Of a DNA stretch of 64,000 nt, positions 1 to 14,488 are shown piece after piece. A program made the position numbers and the translations under genes. Position 1 is the stretch's first letter. The number at the start of each line of letters is the position of its first letter. A model generated the notes under the pieces. That model made no database searches, was not told the DNA's origin, and worked only from the letters and a program-made list of their open reading frames with translations. This DNA is from Strigamia acuminata (taxonomy: Eukaryota), in contig OX442314.1 of the NCBI GenBank assembly GCA_949358305.1, positions 24,614,001 through 24,678,000 on the forward strand, written 5' to 3'.

Positions 1-3000
1 TAAAATTATTACAAATTGAGATAATTTATCTCTCGTGTGGGGTTATGCTAAGTAAACAAACCTACCCTAGTTAGTGACTTTGTCAGACATGGATAGCATA
101 TCATGCATAGTAATGCACCTGACATATTTGATCAATTCCTTGATATTTTGATAAAGTGTATGATTGTTTATTCAATTCTAATCATAACAACTCATACGAC
201 AGATGCTCAAATTATTTCCAAGTCTGTAAAAATTTATATTTTAATATTTCGGTTCTAGTAAAAAAGTCACTGATTTCTACATAACTAATGAATAAGTGTG
301 ACCAGTCACAACTTCTACATAAGTGGTTCAAGTGTGAACTAGGCATTAGTTTATTTACTTTATTTTAGCATTATTGGGCCTAATAGTAAGAAATCAACTG
401 CTCAGTATGAATTTGGCATCAAGACACCGGACGAGAACTCTGGGCATGCTTTTGTCTTATAAAAGCACAAAACCATATAAGCATAAACTTTGAAAAGCAA
501 CAATATTTAGTGAGAAGTCGGCTTCGAAAAAAGAAGAGCGACAACCACAAACAATTGTGTTGAACAATACAATAGCCAAACTTAAAGTTATTCAATTAGA
601 ATCTGGGATTGAGTTTCTTTGTCTCAATCTCCCATCCATCCATCCATCCCTCGTTGTTCCCCAGTCCCCTTTGTGTTTTGTTTTCTTTTCATTTTAACTT
701 TCTCCAACGTTTTGCAATTGAATTCCAACTTGGGTGGGCAGGTTTGCTTTATTTCTTAAAGAAGTAGTATTGAAAAATAGTGGTGTGCTTGAAAACGACG
801 ACCAATTAGGACGTCTCGATTTCGACCAAGCAGATACAACAAAGTGTGGCAAGATCCCTCGGGAATTTGGTGCGAGTGGAATTTACGATGCAAGTGTCAA
901 CCACTAAATCCGACGATAAAACCAGCATGGAAAGGAACCGTATCAAGATGAGTGACGCTCACCCTACGGTATCCTTTAAGAACACTACGAACAGAGATAA
1001 AAGGAGTCGTAGGGGAAATCCTAATCCCTTTTCTTGCTGTGCCTCGCTCGGTGCAAAGCGAGTTTTAGTTGTTGCATCGATCACGACACCAAACTGCGAG
1101 TCTACAAATAACACGCGGATGGAGAAAATATTACTGTGAAAGCGGGGGTTCATGGCTGCGCATTAAATCGATGCCCGAGCACTGCACTACATATTTCACC
1201 CACTAAGCAATAGCACAAATTGATTCGCTTCTAATGCCTCGTGAATTTATAACCGACAAAACTTTCACCCTTCGCTCCGACCCACCTTCAAAGAAAAAAG
1301 TCGTCCATCAAATTCACTCCAATCTCGTCGTCGCACAACTGTTAACCCATATTCTTCAAAAAATACGTTCAAATTATATTACAATAAAATTTTTAAAAAA
1401 TACATTGGGAACGCATTTAATAACACATTTTACAAAATATATTATGACAGAATATTTGCAAACCATGCTAACCGATAGCATGGGTGGCAAATATGGCTAC
1501 AATGGTGGAACGGTGGAAGAGAAAAGTGGTTTTTAGTATACAGGAAAGAATTAATAAAAGTTTTCGAGACTTCGAAACAATCTAGCTGGGATTGCAGCAT
1601 GCGCGAGTAACAATTGAAGACTAGATGGTAAAACTTAACTTGATTTAATTGTAGAAATTTTAGTACGGAAAAACGTGTGGTAACACACGTTCATACATAA
1701 AAAAAGATGGTGGAAGACCCAAAAAACGGGGCCAACTTCCAGTCAGCAAGGACCGGTCACCGAATTTACATACCGAAGGGCTCTTGTAACAACCCTCTAT
1801 AAGAACAACAATATTCAATGATAAAACACTTGTAATCAATTCAAACACTGTAAAAACATATCATCATTCAATAAATTCAGAAAACAAATAACTTTTACTA
1901 ATTTTAAAACTAACATGAAAATTAACACTTTGACAATAAAAAACATTGAATTTAAACTAAACAAATGAATTATTAATAAAATCATTAAATTTGAATATTA
2001 AATCCAAATCTGGATTTTACAAAAGTGAAAAATTTTACGGAACTAAAGTTTTTCAACCCTGACGAGCACTATTGGGTTTTACTGGAGAGCTTTTCGTCTC
2101 TTTACAGTCTGCAGCAAGAAGTGTAATGACTACTTAGGCTGACGCAATAACTTTTTTTAAAGGGTCACTAATAGTATTAAGGCCTGTAACAATTGCACTA
2201 AAAATTCAGTTGAAATATTTTTAGGGTCGAGTGTAACAAGATGTTAAACTGAAAATTGTTTTCTGGGGCTTCGCAAAGCAAAAGATTATCCTAAATCTGA
2301 GAACATGAGTGTTTTTATGATCTTTCTGGCGTCACACATGCCAAAAAGATGCAACAAAAAAAGAAGAAAAAACGCTTTTTATGGGATAAAATACAATCAG
2401 TAAAAATTTATTCATGAAACATCAGAAAGAAAGAAAAAAAAATCAAAACTTACATAATATGCCCATGAGAGATAATTGGATTTCTTTAAAATAATAAGTA
2501 AAAAATAACAAATAAAGAAAAAGACCCCAAAGAAAACTTAACCCAATTTCCTTCCTTTTTCATTTTAATTCTTTAATCTAAATAATTTATAACTAATCTA
2601 TTCCAAAACCTGCACTCGTTTACAGTCGAAAAACAGACCAAAAAAAAATAGATGAACAAACGCGAACCGATGTCTTTATTTGCTTTAATGCAGTGACTCA
2701 ATGTACATCAGCTCTTAATTAAATTTCCCTTCGACCGAGAAATGACGAATGCCTAAAGGGTGCTGCAGATAAGCCAAACCTCCGATAAATAAATCCTGTT
2801 CTGCGTTTCCGCACTTCTCACTCATTTAAATACGAAAAATGACGAGTTAAACACAAAATCCCATCGAAAAAATTCATTCTGGACCTGATTAACGACCCTA
2901 CAACATAGATCACGTCAAACTCCGATCCCAAACGCAAATTATTACTCGTGTCACCACAGTCTTAACTGATGATCGTCTCTAATTCAGAAAGCCCCCCCAG

Positions 3001-3221
3001 GCCCAAGGCGAGAACGAATAAGAGTGTAACCCAATAGGACGTAAAGACCTGATACTAATGTAATTTTACCGGCAACGCACCCCGGGGAATCTGTCGACCG
3101 TCACCCAGTTTCCAAACTGTCGTCTTAGCTAACGCGCCAGCTCGAATTATCAACGCTGTAACAAAAGAAATTATCCTTTTTTTTTATTACTGTTGAATGC
3201 AATCGAATTTTACCCGCACTT

Positions 3222-3915
3222 GCCCGTATGGTTCAAAAATATATTTTACAATATATTGCTTTTCAAAATGATAAAGCATTTTGTGGCATTAAGTATACTA
3301 TTTGTACCTTAAATTAACGCATTTCACAATACAAGAAACTGCAGTGAAAAGAATAACTCCAACGGAAGACAGATTTGATTGAGAACAATAAGCCGATGAA
3401 TATACAGGGTGTCCTAAAAGTCTGTACCCCTCCAAATATTTCCTGAGCAATTGCATCTAGGCCAACTTTGATGAAGCGATCGTATAGGAAGTTGGGTAAG
3501 AGCAATTCAATGACGTCATCAAATTTGACCTTGAAGGTCATTTTCAAGGTCATTCACTTGCTAACTTCTAAACCAATCAGGTTAGAGCAAAAAAGTCAAT
3601 TACAAAGTTGTAGAGCACCATCAAATTAGTACTATCCAACTTATCTTAGTCATCTTAAGTTAAATGTTATCGTTAAATGTTATCGTTAATCCCTAATACA
3701 CGCAGTAACAATATACAATTGAAAAAATGTGTTTGAAAATGCATTCATACTTGACCAATAATAGTGATGTATTATGACTGCATTTCGTAATACGTTTTAC
3801 AAATTGTATTTTCATTTGCAAACCAATAGCATGCTAAACTGTATTACTAGTACAAAATGTATTCTAGTAAAACCCAATACAATGTAAGATAATTGTATTT
3901 TTGAACCACATGGGT
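3222..3915. mobile_element. MITE with TIR (G/A)CCC(G/A)T(A/G)TGGTTCAAAAATA; related pieces at ~20370-21070 (inverted) and ~54280-54345
   Basis: Inverted ends at 3222 and 3915. Internal sequence at 3810-3890 matches the reverse complement of 20520-20585. Contains a TA-CAGGGTGTCC Tc1/mariner-type end at 3405. Confidence 0.6.
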
Positions 3916-4629
3916 GTCCTGCCCGTAAACGTATAAATTTCCAAGCAAATTTGTTTCTTATTTGTTCGTATCGGTTTCTCACGTAGAGCGAATTAACGAG
4001 AGTTTGATGAAGACTTGGAAACGCGTCTCGGAATGCAAAACTTACGTCCAATTTAATCCTTTTGCTAAGTAGTGTCCGTGCGCGGCCATTAATTAAGCCC
4101 CATCTAATAGGGATTAAGGTGTTTTGTTCAAGATAAAGGGAACGTCAATTTTTTCGCTTATATATTTGTTTACACAGCAAGAAAAAAAAATTATTTCACC
4201 AACTTTTGCAGCTGAGAATGTAAAACTTTACTTTTTCCGTCACGGAATTGGTTAACCATCTAATTATGCTAACAAAGTTAAGCATTTTTTTTCTATTATT
4301 TTAAATCGAGTTGATGCGGTTGCACCCAAACCAAATTGATTTCAGTACCACGGTCCAAGGTCCAATGTTTAATTTATTAGTTCCAGTCAGTCCAATGTTT
4401 AATTTACCAGTTCCAATTGTTTTTATTGGCATTATAGGGAGCTGCAGTGCCAAACTTCCCACACGTTCTATTACTCCACTTTTGTATACAATGAACTCCC
4501 TCAAGACCAACCGAAGGCGAGTTAGGAAAAGGTGCCCGGACTACAGAGCATCCTGTCTATAGAAAGACTCCATCACTTCAAGCATGCACAACAAATAAAC
4601 AAATCCCAACCAAGCAGAAACGGTTACTA

Positions 4630-4885
4630 CCGTAAATACTCTCACAGTACACCCGCGCCCTATTGACAGAACCTAGATTATCCCCGCCAATAAATAAAAT
4701 AGATTTTTAATCTAAAAAAAATCCATATTTAACGTTGAAAAAAAGTGTTTTGCACTTTAAAATCCATTTTTGGCACTTAAAAAAAGTGTTTTGCACCTTA
4801 AAATCTGCATTTCTGCACGTTCCAGCCGCGTTGTAAAGGAAACCGCGTCCAATTAGCAATCCGTACTCAATAAGAGCATTTAGAA
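4630..4885. mobile_element. Degenerate TA-flanked MITE; relatives at ~24680-25000 and ~35240-35465 carry ~31-bp tandem repeats
   Basis: Shares the motif CTATTGACAGAACCTAGAT (4660-4678), seen inverted near 24975-24990 and 35435-35455. Left end is TA|CCGTAAATAC. Confidence 0.45.
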
Positions 4886-5999
4886 ATTTAAAAAACCAAA
4901 TTTTCTGAAATTTGTGTTTTAACTGAAGCAGTATGCTCAGACAAGCAGCCCTGCAAATTGATATTATTTTAACGTTAACGCTAATCCATTTATCATTGCA
5001 AAAATGCGCTCTCCGCTACACCTTTAAGACTTGGCTTTATCTGTTAATCGATATAAGAGCGGGATCCAAAGCCCTTCCCATTTCTTTCTGCCCACTACCA
5101 TCATCGCTGGAGAAATCTTAAAGAAGCTAAAATTACTTACTGGTCAGAATGAGTAATTGCTCCTAATATAACTCGTGCATAAGACCTAAACACGAAGAAA
5201 AACCCCAGCGTGACCGGTCGATGGAGTCAGCTGGTATACACGCGTAATTTTCAAATGGACGAAAACGTTAAGGACGTGGTATGCTGTTAAAATGTGGCAC
5301 GAGGTGAAATACGCGAGCGAATCCTGTCTGATGAATGGGCAGTGGTCATGCCGACCAAACACGCTGACCTCGGTCTTATAAGGCATAAGAGAGTATGGCA
5401 GACTAATTCTTTTTCTTGTCGGGCGGCCGTTTGCGGGTAGCTTCTTTTGTAATTTAATTACATCGCCCAAAACCGAGTATAATCTCGGTCGCGATTTTTA
5501 CTGCTTTTTTTTTTCTTTTTCTCTCTGCTCTTTCTCGCTTCTGGTGCAAATAAAAAGACGAGAAGGCACGGTCGTAATCTAAAACCGGCGAGCAAGAGAC
5601 TGTCAAAAATTGCTGGCCGCGAGTGTCACGTTTTAGTTGTCGAGTCGTGCCTGTGTGCACTACGATTTTGTTACCGAGTTTAAAGGTGAACTATCAATTC
5701 ATACTCCTACTTTAAAGTTTCCATTCCATTATAAATATCCTCTATACTTTATATAGTGCTGGAGACGCAGGTCACTTCATAAAGTCAATAGCTTTTGTAC
5801 ACGGGTCAAGCCAGAGACAATATTAACTTTCAAGTTGCGTTTGATTTAGGGCTACTGTTATGTACTTCTTCTACAACCCATTTGTTCACAACCCCACCCC
5901 GTCACTCCCCATCTACCGAAAATCCAAGCTAGTGGTCTGTTTATGTGTTTGGGACAGGCAAAAACCTGAAATCGGTGATAATTTATAATCAAATAAACC

Positions 6000-6296
6000 A
6001 TTTATCACAAAAATTGAACAAAAAGGTCATTAAAATAATTAGAAAGCATTAAAACCGACCAAAAATGGATAGAAATTGTCAAAAAAACATTAAAACCGAC
6101 CAAAAGTGGATACAAATTGTCAAAAAACATTAAAACCGACCAAATATGGATAAAAATTGTCAAAAAACATTAAAAATCGATTAAAAACCGATAAAAATCG
6201 ATTAAAAACCGATAAAAATCGGTAAAAAATCGCCTATTGCTGCTCGGATAAAAGAACGTTCGTATAACCGGTGTTCCGATAATCGAGGTTCTACCG
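6000..6296. mobile_element. 5'-truncated copy of the pogo/Tigger-like MITE seen at 60037-60365, with ~39-bp and 19-bp tandem repeats
   Basis: Right end GATAATCGAGGTTCTACCG|TA. The internal AAAACATTAAAACCGACCAAAAATGGATA repeats are shared with the 60-kb copy. Confidence 0.75.
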
Positions 6297-8044
6297 TACT
6301 GTATGTCCACATTTGTTGGGTAGAATTTCAGCATATAATTCCAAAAAAATTCAATTGTGTTAATGGAGTCGTTTCAAGTTTTCGAACGAAATAAAGCAGA
6401 GAGATGATATATTAACTGGATTCCAAAACTCCTCCAGCATCCAGTTTATTGGTGTGTTGATTAAGCATGCAATTTTTCACCGTGTTTAATTGTTTATTCA
6501 ATTAAATGATAATTTGATATACTTAAAAAATCAACAACCAAATGTTGGTTGGAGGTGCTTTAATGCTTTAAAATCTAAATAATTTAATGTGTTTAAGTTT
6601 GTTTTCGTTTATTTAAAAGTGTTTTATTTCGATCGCGTGTTTTTTAGATTGACTTTTGTATTCCTCGAGGGCCGTTTTAAGTGCCCTCTTGTATGCAATT
6701 TTTTCGCCACAAAGGTCCCCGCTGACCGGAAGTGGACCCCGATTAGAATTTCATGTAAATCCGCGTGCTTGCCACGGGTCTCGTTTTAACCACCAAAGAA
6801 GTAAAATAGTTATGTCATTTTAACCATTGCCTTTTCACTTGTAACAATACCCACCGCTGCGACGCCGGATTTATTTGCCACTCGCAAAAATGCTAAATGC
6901 AATACTAATTACGAATAGTTTATTCCAAGTGCATCAGTTAATTAAAAAACAAAAATTAAAACTTGAATTAACTGCATTGCATAACTACTGAAATCATCGT
7001 CCAATCAATGCCGTGCAGAGCCCCCTGTAGGCAGTCGAACCAAATCACTCAAATTGCACCTAATAAAGAATTGGTCTTCAATTGTGCCCTTGTGCACTAT
7101 TGCCCTTCAACCTACCTCCCCTAAATGTTTGCATTTCATTTTTAAAACCAATTTCGGATTTGTTTCCAAAGGGCAGTTTGTGGCAACTTCGCACACAACT
7201 ACCCCCCCCCCTCACACCCCCCCCCCCACCCCGTGTGTTTTGACAAATTTGAAAAAGCTTCGTCTTCAAACAATACGCGCAAATGTAAAAGTGAAACTCC
7301 ATTACCTTCTGCTGGTTAAAGCCGATAATTAGTTGACCATTCTAGCTGCAGCGCTTTCTCTTTTATGCCATTACGGATAATCCTTGAAAAAATAAAATAA
7401 AAATAAACAAATTAGCTAATGAATTTACGATACCAGGATACTTTTCTAAAGCAGATGATCTCATTTGCATTTTAACTAATCAATCTAACTCTCAAAGCTT
7501 CTCTGAGTTGTGGCATGCAGTTGGCTTCGCTCTGAGAGAATAGTGTGTGGCATTAAAGCTACGCTGAATCTATGCCTTTTGTTCCAAATTTCGATTTCCA
7601 CAAGCTCATTTAATTGGTAGATGCGAACTCTCCAATGACAACAAGATATCTCGTTTTAATCTCTCCAGTCTCGACTTCACTTTCCTTTTTTTACTTATTA
7701 TTATGCACATGGAGAGCCAGTGTATTCCCCATCCAGCTTTTTAATTACTTGATTAATAAATTAATTGCTTTTAGTAATTATAAAAAAATAAAAGTAGCAT
7801 TTAATTTCATAAGATAAAAAAAAATTAATGAAAGGTGCGACATTCTATTTTTGTTGTTTTTCGAAACACCGTGTTAGACGTTTCCTGACTGTTCTGTTTT
7901 GACATCGTTTTAGGCTTGTTTGGGGATGCCCAAACAAATGTCGTTTTGAACTTGTTTTGGTTAAGTTTGCTTTATCAGATGCTGACTGTTTCAGTTGAGT
8001 TGGTGTCACAAACCTTTTCCAGGTGTGACGTCATACACGACACT

Positions 8045-8228
8045 AGCTGCATTAAAAAATTAAAATATTGTGTATTTTACTTCAATTTTAAAACAAAAAT
8101 GACATCATTTCCTGTCCTATTTATTAAATTAAACTATATTAATTAATTATTTATAATTATAATTATATATTTATAATAATAAATCAAAATTTAAACTTAA
8201 AATTGTATTTTTATTTTTTAATGCAGCT
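8045..8228. mobile_element. MITE AGCTGCATT...AATGCAGCT with 3-bp ACT TSD
   Basis: TIRs are flanked by ACT at 8042-8044 and 8229-8231. An inverted paralogue lies at 49588-49725. Appears nested in an older AGGTGC...GCACCT element at about 7833-8511. Confidence 0.8.
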
Positions 8229-11200
8229 ACTGTTAAAACAGTTTAAACACCTAGAATGCTTCTCTGAACAGAATTGACACCAAAAACAGCCCGAAAGCAT
8301 CATCAAAAGTGGTTTATGCCTGCTTTTGGTTTTTAGAACCAATTTCAAAATGGCTGATTGAACATCCAATTGTCAAAGTGTCAAAATGAATCAATTTTAA
8401 ATGTAAAACCCAAAAACAAAACAATTTCACACGCATTTCTCATGCTTGTTTTTGTCACAACCAAATAGAAACCCCTAAAAAAACATACAAACAGAAACTT
8501 TGAATGCACCTATTGTCCAAACTGTCAAACACAAAATAAAAAGGGTTATTGGCCCCTAATTGAAAAACCTCGACTGTTTTCATTTAAAAATAATGCAGCA
8601 CCGCACAGAAATTTGCATAAATGAAAGCACCACTTATTTCATCTTATCTCGCATTAATTCACCATTTTACGATTAAAGGAAATGACACTCACAATTTTTC
8701 TCTCATTCCATTCCGAAAAGAAAGAAAGAAAGAAAGAAAGAAAGAAAAGAGTGCTGGTGGGAGAAAAAGCCACTCAATTTAAAGTTGCAACTCTCTCCTT
8801 TAAGATAACGCAGGAACAAACTTCCCCGTCCAACACGACCAAATCTCAAGATACGACCTTCAAAACGCAAAGCCCATTGAAAGAAACCGAAATACAATTT
8901 TTCATATGGGATCTGCAATGTCCAATACCCAGTAAAATGTGGCAGAAATACAAAACGCGGGCCACGGTTATCCGTTCTCAAACACGTGTTTAAATCGAAG
9001 TCTGTTTGCAATCAGAGTGCGTCATTCGACGAGTAAGTCTGTGCCACTAGCAAAAACAAGCAAAGAAAATTGCCGTTTTCTCTAATAGATAAGAAGAAAC
9101 TCGCAACAACACGTCTCATCAAGAGAAGAGAGAGAGAAGAGAAAGAAAAAAAAACATGGAACAAAACAAAATTGCTTCTAAATTGACACGAGTCCCAACA
9201 AAATGAAATGATATTTACCATCTGATAATGCGCTGATACGAGGAGCGCAAGGAATAACTTTGGACTTTTAACGACGTTATGTAATGGCTGATTATTTGAC
9301 TGCTCGCATTGTAAATCTCGTGGTTCGTTTCGATATTGCGATATGGAACCGCAACACGCAACCGGTTCAACAGTAGGCGCAACCTGCAATCATAACTGCA
9401 TGCACCTGCTGATTAATTCTTGGATCGGGTGTAATTACTTCCCTCGCAAATCCAACAACCGCACACACGACGGCCGTACATTTTATTAAACATGTGCATG
9501 TAATTGAAAGGTCGGATATGGCTGGCTATGAAATTGGATTTAAGCGCCTCAATGTTTGCAAAAATAAAAACCATTTATCCCAAGTTTGAAACCTTAAAGG
9601 TACAACAGCTACGTTCAAAAATTGGAATTGGAATTGGCAAAAATTGAATAAAAAAATTTGGGAACGAAAATTTTTGGGCGAACGTCGTTGCGCCCCACCA
9701 AAAATCAGCTCGCGCCCCACAGTTTGAGAAACGCTGTATTAGGTGTTTATGTATCGTGTTTATGGACCTTAAAACACGCCTAAAGTCGTGTTTTAAGTTT
9801 ATGCGAGTTGCTTTTTATTTTTTTTTATTTTTTAACATGACAAAACAAAAACACAAACACCTAAAACACTTGCAACACGACTTTTTGAATGCACCTACTT
9901 GAAATGTAGAGTAATCGATGCTAAACGATGCAACATGGATGTGTAAAAGGCAGCAATGCATCTGAAAGGTATAAAATAACACTACTTCACCCTTTTGACA
10001 AAATGTAATGCTATTCTGAAATAAAATATATTTACACATGTTGTTCGACACTGCCAAACAATAAAGCTGCACCTGTTTTTCAACACAATCTGTATCTGCA
10101 CATTTCACATTTACACGTTCATTTAAATAGAAGAAGTCTAAATAGAATCAAGCGTTTCACACCAAAGTAAATGCATTATCACACCTCAATTTTGCAATGT
10201 AATAAAGTTTAGTGAGAGATAATCTTGTTTTCTATTTGGAACCAATGATGCCAAGCTCTATCTCTCCAGTACCGGCTTTTGAATCTGATTGCGCCATGTT
10301 TAATCTCAGATCGAACGGATAAAAACGAAATACCTAGCACCTATGTCTCTAAAAAAAGCAACACGCAAATTCAATTTTTCCAGTAAACCTCGCAGAAAAC
10401 TGCTGATGATACTAACTGAGCATGCTGAGGTAAGATATTCAAATGTCCAGCCCAGTGTTTGCCAGTGGCATTATGTCATACACATATAAGCACAAGTGCA
10501 TCTGCTGCAATGCAGAGAAGCTTACCTTTGGCTTTATGCTGGAAATGCCCTGGACTAGAAAATGCGTTGAATAAAATGTGTAAAAACAAAAAAAAAACAA
10601 AAAATTAAAAAATTTATGAAAATGATTCTATCCTTTGATTATTTCATTTTCATTTGTTGTATAAATCCAAGAAAAATAATTTAATTCGAAAACAAAGGTA
10701 TGTTATCAAAAAAAAATATTTTTTTTTTATCAGAGAAAATCCTATTCCTTTCAGAATAAACCAAATAAAACACTTTTGTGGATGCAAATTTACCCAAGAG
10801 AGGGATATTCGTGCTGATAACATCAAAACAGCGTAAATTTATCATTTAAATTGTAATTCGCAATGCAATTCACTTCATTGCAATGTCCCTTCTCTTTAAA
10901 GCTTGCTGATCTATAAATTGCCAAATTGATAACCACCATTTTGCCATTTTAAATTAACTTGATGACACACGCGTAGGGATTGATGGATTATCGATGTGCT
11001 GTTGTGTCTATTTAAAACCACAGCGTAATAAATTATTAAACTTTTTCAAATAAATTATGTGTTCTCTTCAACATGATTTCATAGTAAAGCAATATATTAA
11101 CGCACAACTTGTTGACCAAAACCATTACTATAATTCGACGCCATCTTAACCGAAATATCTTCGGTCAAAATTTTTTTTTAAAAAAAACCACACAAGATAC

Positions 11201-11620
11201 CGCATAACCATAAATGTTATTCAATACCACCAACTTCAATGCGGTTAACTTACCTCCAATATGTCGCAGCTGTATTTCCTATATAATTTTACATTTCAAT
11301 TTCATTACTCAATTTTCCCTTGACCAGAAACAACAAACGAACGAAAATCGATAATAGAATCACGTTTATGTGCCAGAAAATATCCTCAGATTCCCCCCTT
11401 TCGTAGTAAACTTCCCAAAACATTTCGTTAAATATAAAATTCGCTCGTTTGCGGCGAAACTTCTCGCTTTGCAATACAGATGGACAGCCAGGCACTTCGG
11501 AAAACCACGTATTGGAATAAAAAGAGTGTGCGCGCCTAAAACCGCGAAACATCTCAACTTATTCCAAATTATCACGTGTTCTGTGTTTGTATTGTTCCGT
11601 TTGAAACTATAGTTAAGCAC

Positions 11621-12096
11621 CCATTACAGTGACGTCATATTCTTGAATCAAGAATATGGACGTCAGCGCGGTCAATTTTGGCTAGACTAATTATAGTTAC
11701 TCACGTAACTTAAATAAATGAATATTTTCCAAAACTTATCTTGAAGAACGGATGGAGTCGGATTTAACTTCGAAAACCGCAAACACAAGAAAACACGTGT
11801 ATCGGTTACATTTACAAAAGTATAACTAAATTTTTTATTCATTGTACTGAATTACAAAGGAAGGAGATTAAAACCCCTTTATTTCTTGGAATTGATCAAA
11901 TGTGGGTCACATAAGTAAATTTACACATGCGCCACGGTGGTTAAGTGCGCAACTAAATTGGTTCTTTTTAGAAACCGTCAGTTTCCACACTAATCAAGTT
12001 CCGACCAAAATGTGGGGTATACAAGACTTTTTTAAGGGCTACAGGAAAATCACCCTTCGAAGCAACAAAATCAAGAATATGACGTCACTGTAATGG
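11621..12096. mobile_element. MITE-like element with 26-bp TIR CCATTACAGTGACGTCATATTCTTGA
   Basis: Perfect inverted match between 11621-11646 and 12071-12096. TSD not resolved. Confidence 0.7.
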
Positions 12097-12664
12097 CGAC
12101 CTCAATTTGAAAATATATCGCTCAAAATCGAATCACTTTATGATATAAATACTTTTTCCCTCCATTCTTTCGCTTTCCCAGTATAAATCATTCAAATCAC
12201 CATCATTTTTATTTTATTATACCACAAAAACCAAACATCAAATCAAATACCATTACCATGCCTCGCAATACAACCTCCCTTAGACCCCCACCGACAAATT
12301 TGCTTGCATCACTTTTTCTATTCAATAATTTCATTCCTTTCCTTTTTTCTTTTACTTTAAACTCGTGCTCCATCATATTGCTCCTCGCACTTTTCTCACG
12401 GGACGAAGGAATATATGCCGAGTCGTAAAAACAAGAGCCAGAAATTTCTCCCTCTCTCTCGCTCTCTTCAACTCACAAATTTGCTTAACATCCCAAAAAA
12501 AAAAGTTTTAAATATTCGCTTATACGGGTCTAAGAGGACGGCAGTGTGGTGTGTGTGGCAAGGCTGATGGGACTAATACTCATTCGTCGATATTCGATTC
12601 AAAACCTCGCTGCTCCACGCCTCGAAAATTGCTGCAGGCAAGATCTCGTAAAAGAGAGATTCAC

Positions 12665-12710
12665 TCCATCCATCCATCCATCTATCTATCTATCTATCTA
12701 TTTCCATCCA
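12665..12710. repeat. Compound (ATCC)n/(ATCT)n microsatellite
   Basis: Read directly. Other simple repeats: (TCCA)n ~632-648, (AAAG)n ~8717-8745, (AT)n ~13744-13764, (CA)n ~25405-25420, (AAAT)n ~35523-35563, and poly-A at ~15404-15429, ~23561-23603 and ~39510-39531. Confidence 0.9.
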
Positions 12711-14488
12711 TTCATTGCACAAGCAGCGCCTCCTTTCCCTCTGTTTCTAGATGCGAGTGCCGTGCTTGTTGGAAGGTCGCTTGTTGGAAAGCGTCCAAAA
12801 GCTGCACAGGCGTTACTTGGCAAGTGCTCGACGTTCGGGCTTGCAACTGTGAGTTTAAATCGGAAAAGCGAGCCAGAGGTGACCGTCTTTATCTTTAAAT
12901 ATTTAATTAACTAAAATGTCGGTGCGCTCTATCGGCTACGTACCGCAAATCCAGTTACCCCATTCCCGCAAACTGTTTATCGCTCAAATAAATTTAGCAA
13001 ACACTGACTAGGCATGCAAGCACCAAACACACAAGCAGCACTCCAAAAATCCAAACGCGTGCTATCATCGTGCTAACTTAATTTTCTCAACCAGATGCAA
13101 CACCGACTGCACGAATTTGCTGGACTGGAAAACATTTTTTTTTTTTTTGTTTTTGAAAATCTTATTCTCTTGAGATGGCACTCGAAACAGGCTGCAGTTG
13201 CACTCGATAGTTGTAATTAAAACATCAATAGACTGCTGTCCTCTGTCGTGCTAAACTGCATCTACTTCTCCACCCATTACCCCACCTCCTTCGTCTCTTC
13301 CGAGTTGAAATTACAGGTTTCCTCACCTTTACTCTGCGCAAGTCCACGACGCCAACTTGTAGCAGAGAAACTTTCCTCTTTTTATCTTCTTTTTATTTTC
13401 CATTCTGTCATGTTTTCCTGCCATCAATTTGAAGGCAGGAAACGGCACACTCTGATTCTTAAAGAAAAGCGTTGCCTTACACAAGCCACTTTGTGCCATG
13501 TCTGGCTCGCTTCAAATGGCTCGTAATTCAACAAACATGACCGGATGCTAATTAATATTTAGTATTCTAATTACAGATTCGGTCAACATCAAATTTATTG
13601 CTCGTTATCAATTTATGAGGTTTTAATCGAAAACAAAGTCAAAGTCTGATTGCAATGGCAAATCAAATAGCATTTATAAATGATGGATGTTCGGATAGTA
13701 AAAGATGGGAATTGAGATCTCGAAAAGAAATCTGATGGGAGTAATATATATATATATATATATAGAATTTAAAAAAAAACATTTTGTAATCCATTTTTTT
13801 ATATTACTTATTTATTAATTTTTTTTGGTAAAGATATGTGGGCGTATATAGAAATAAATTGATTCTGCAATATCGTATGTTGTTCCAGTAATTCTATTTC
13901 CTCAAAAAAAATAAAATTTTTTTATTGATTTTATTTTGGCTTTATATTTTTTCATTGCCTAAAACCATGAATTTGCGCATTTTCTACTTATTTCGAGCTT
14001 TATTTCATTTTCCCAACGTTTTACGCGCATGATAATTTCAGGATATTTTTCGTACGAGGCCATGTGTGTGTACAGCAACATCCTCAAGCCTCAGTTAAAA
14101 ATGAAATCCGCTCGTTTCGAATGAGATATTCCTGAGAGCATCACATTTTCAGCATGGAGCGCGCATGCGAAGCAGTAGCAAGTCTTCATTTTGAATTCGC
14201 GATACAACACAAGTCACACATCACCATTCACCAGGAAATGTGGATATTTCGAGAAATTTACTGCTACAAATTTCTAGAATTCAAGTTGGACTGTTAAAAA
14301 AAATTAAATCACTTCCATGTGAGTAGCACTGAGTAACAATTCCAAAGCAATTTGAACAAAAATATTTTTTTAAAATGCCAATCTCGTATTTCTTTTGCTT
14401 TCTTCTTTTACTTTCATTTGTTGGTCAAGCTCTACAGAGATAACATAAGATTTTCTTACAAAACACGATGCATCCAAAAAGTCAGAAA

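Noticed and set aside
1660..1692. Possible Helitron 3' hairpin (AACGTGTG-GTAA-CACACGTT); a similar hairpin near CTAG at ~19507-19532
   Set aside because: The hairpins are real, but the spacing, terminal motif and A|T insertion site do not fit well, and no matching 5' end or second copy was found.
9220..9384. Minus-strand open segment bounded by CAG and GTAAAT (55 codons)
   Set aside because: The polypyrimidine tract is poor, the peptide is unrecognisable and there are no partner exons.
12540..12560. GGCAGTGTGGT resembling the start of miR-34
   Set aside because: Only 11 nt match, the 3' half differs, and no precursor hairpin is visible.
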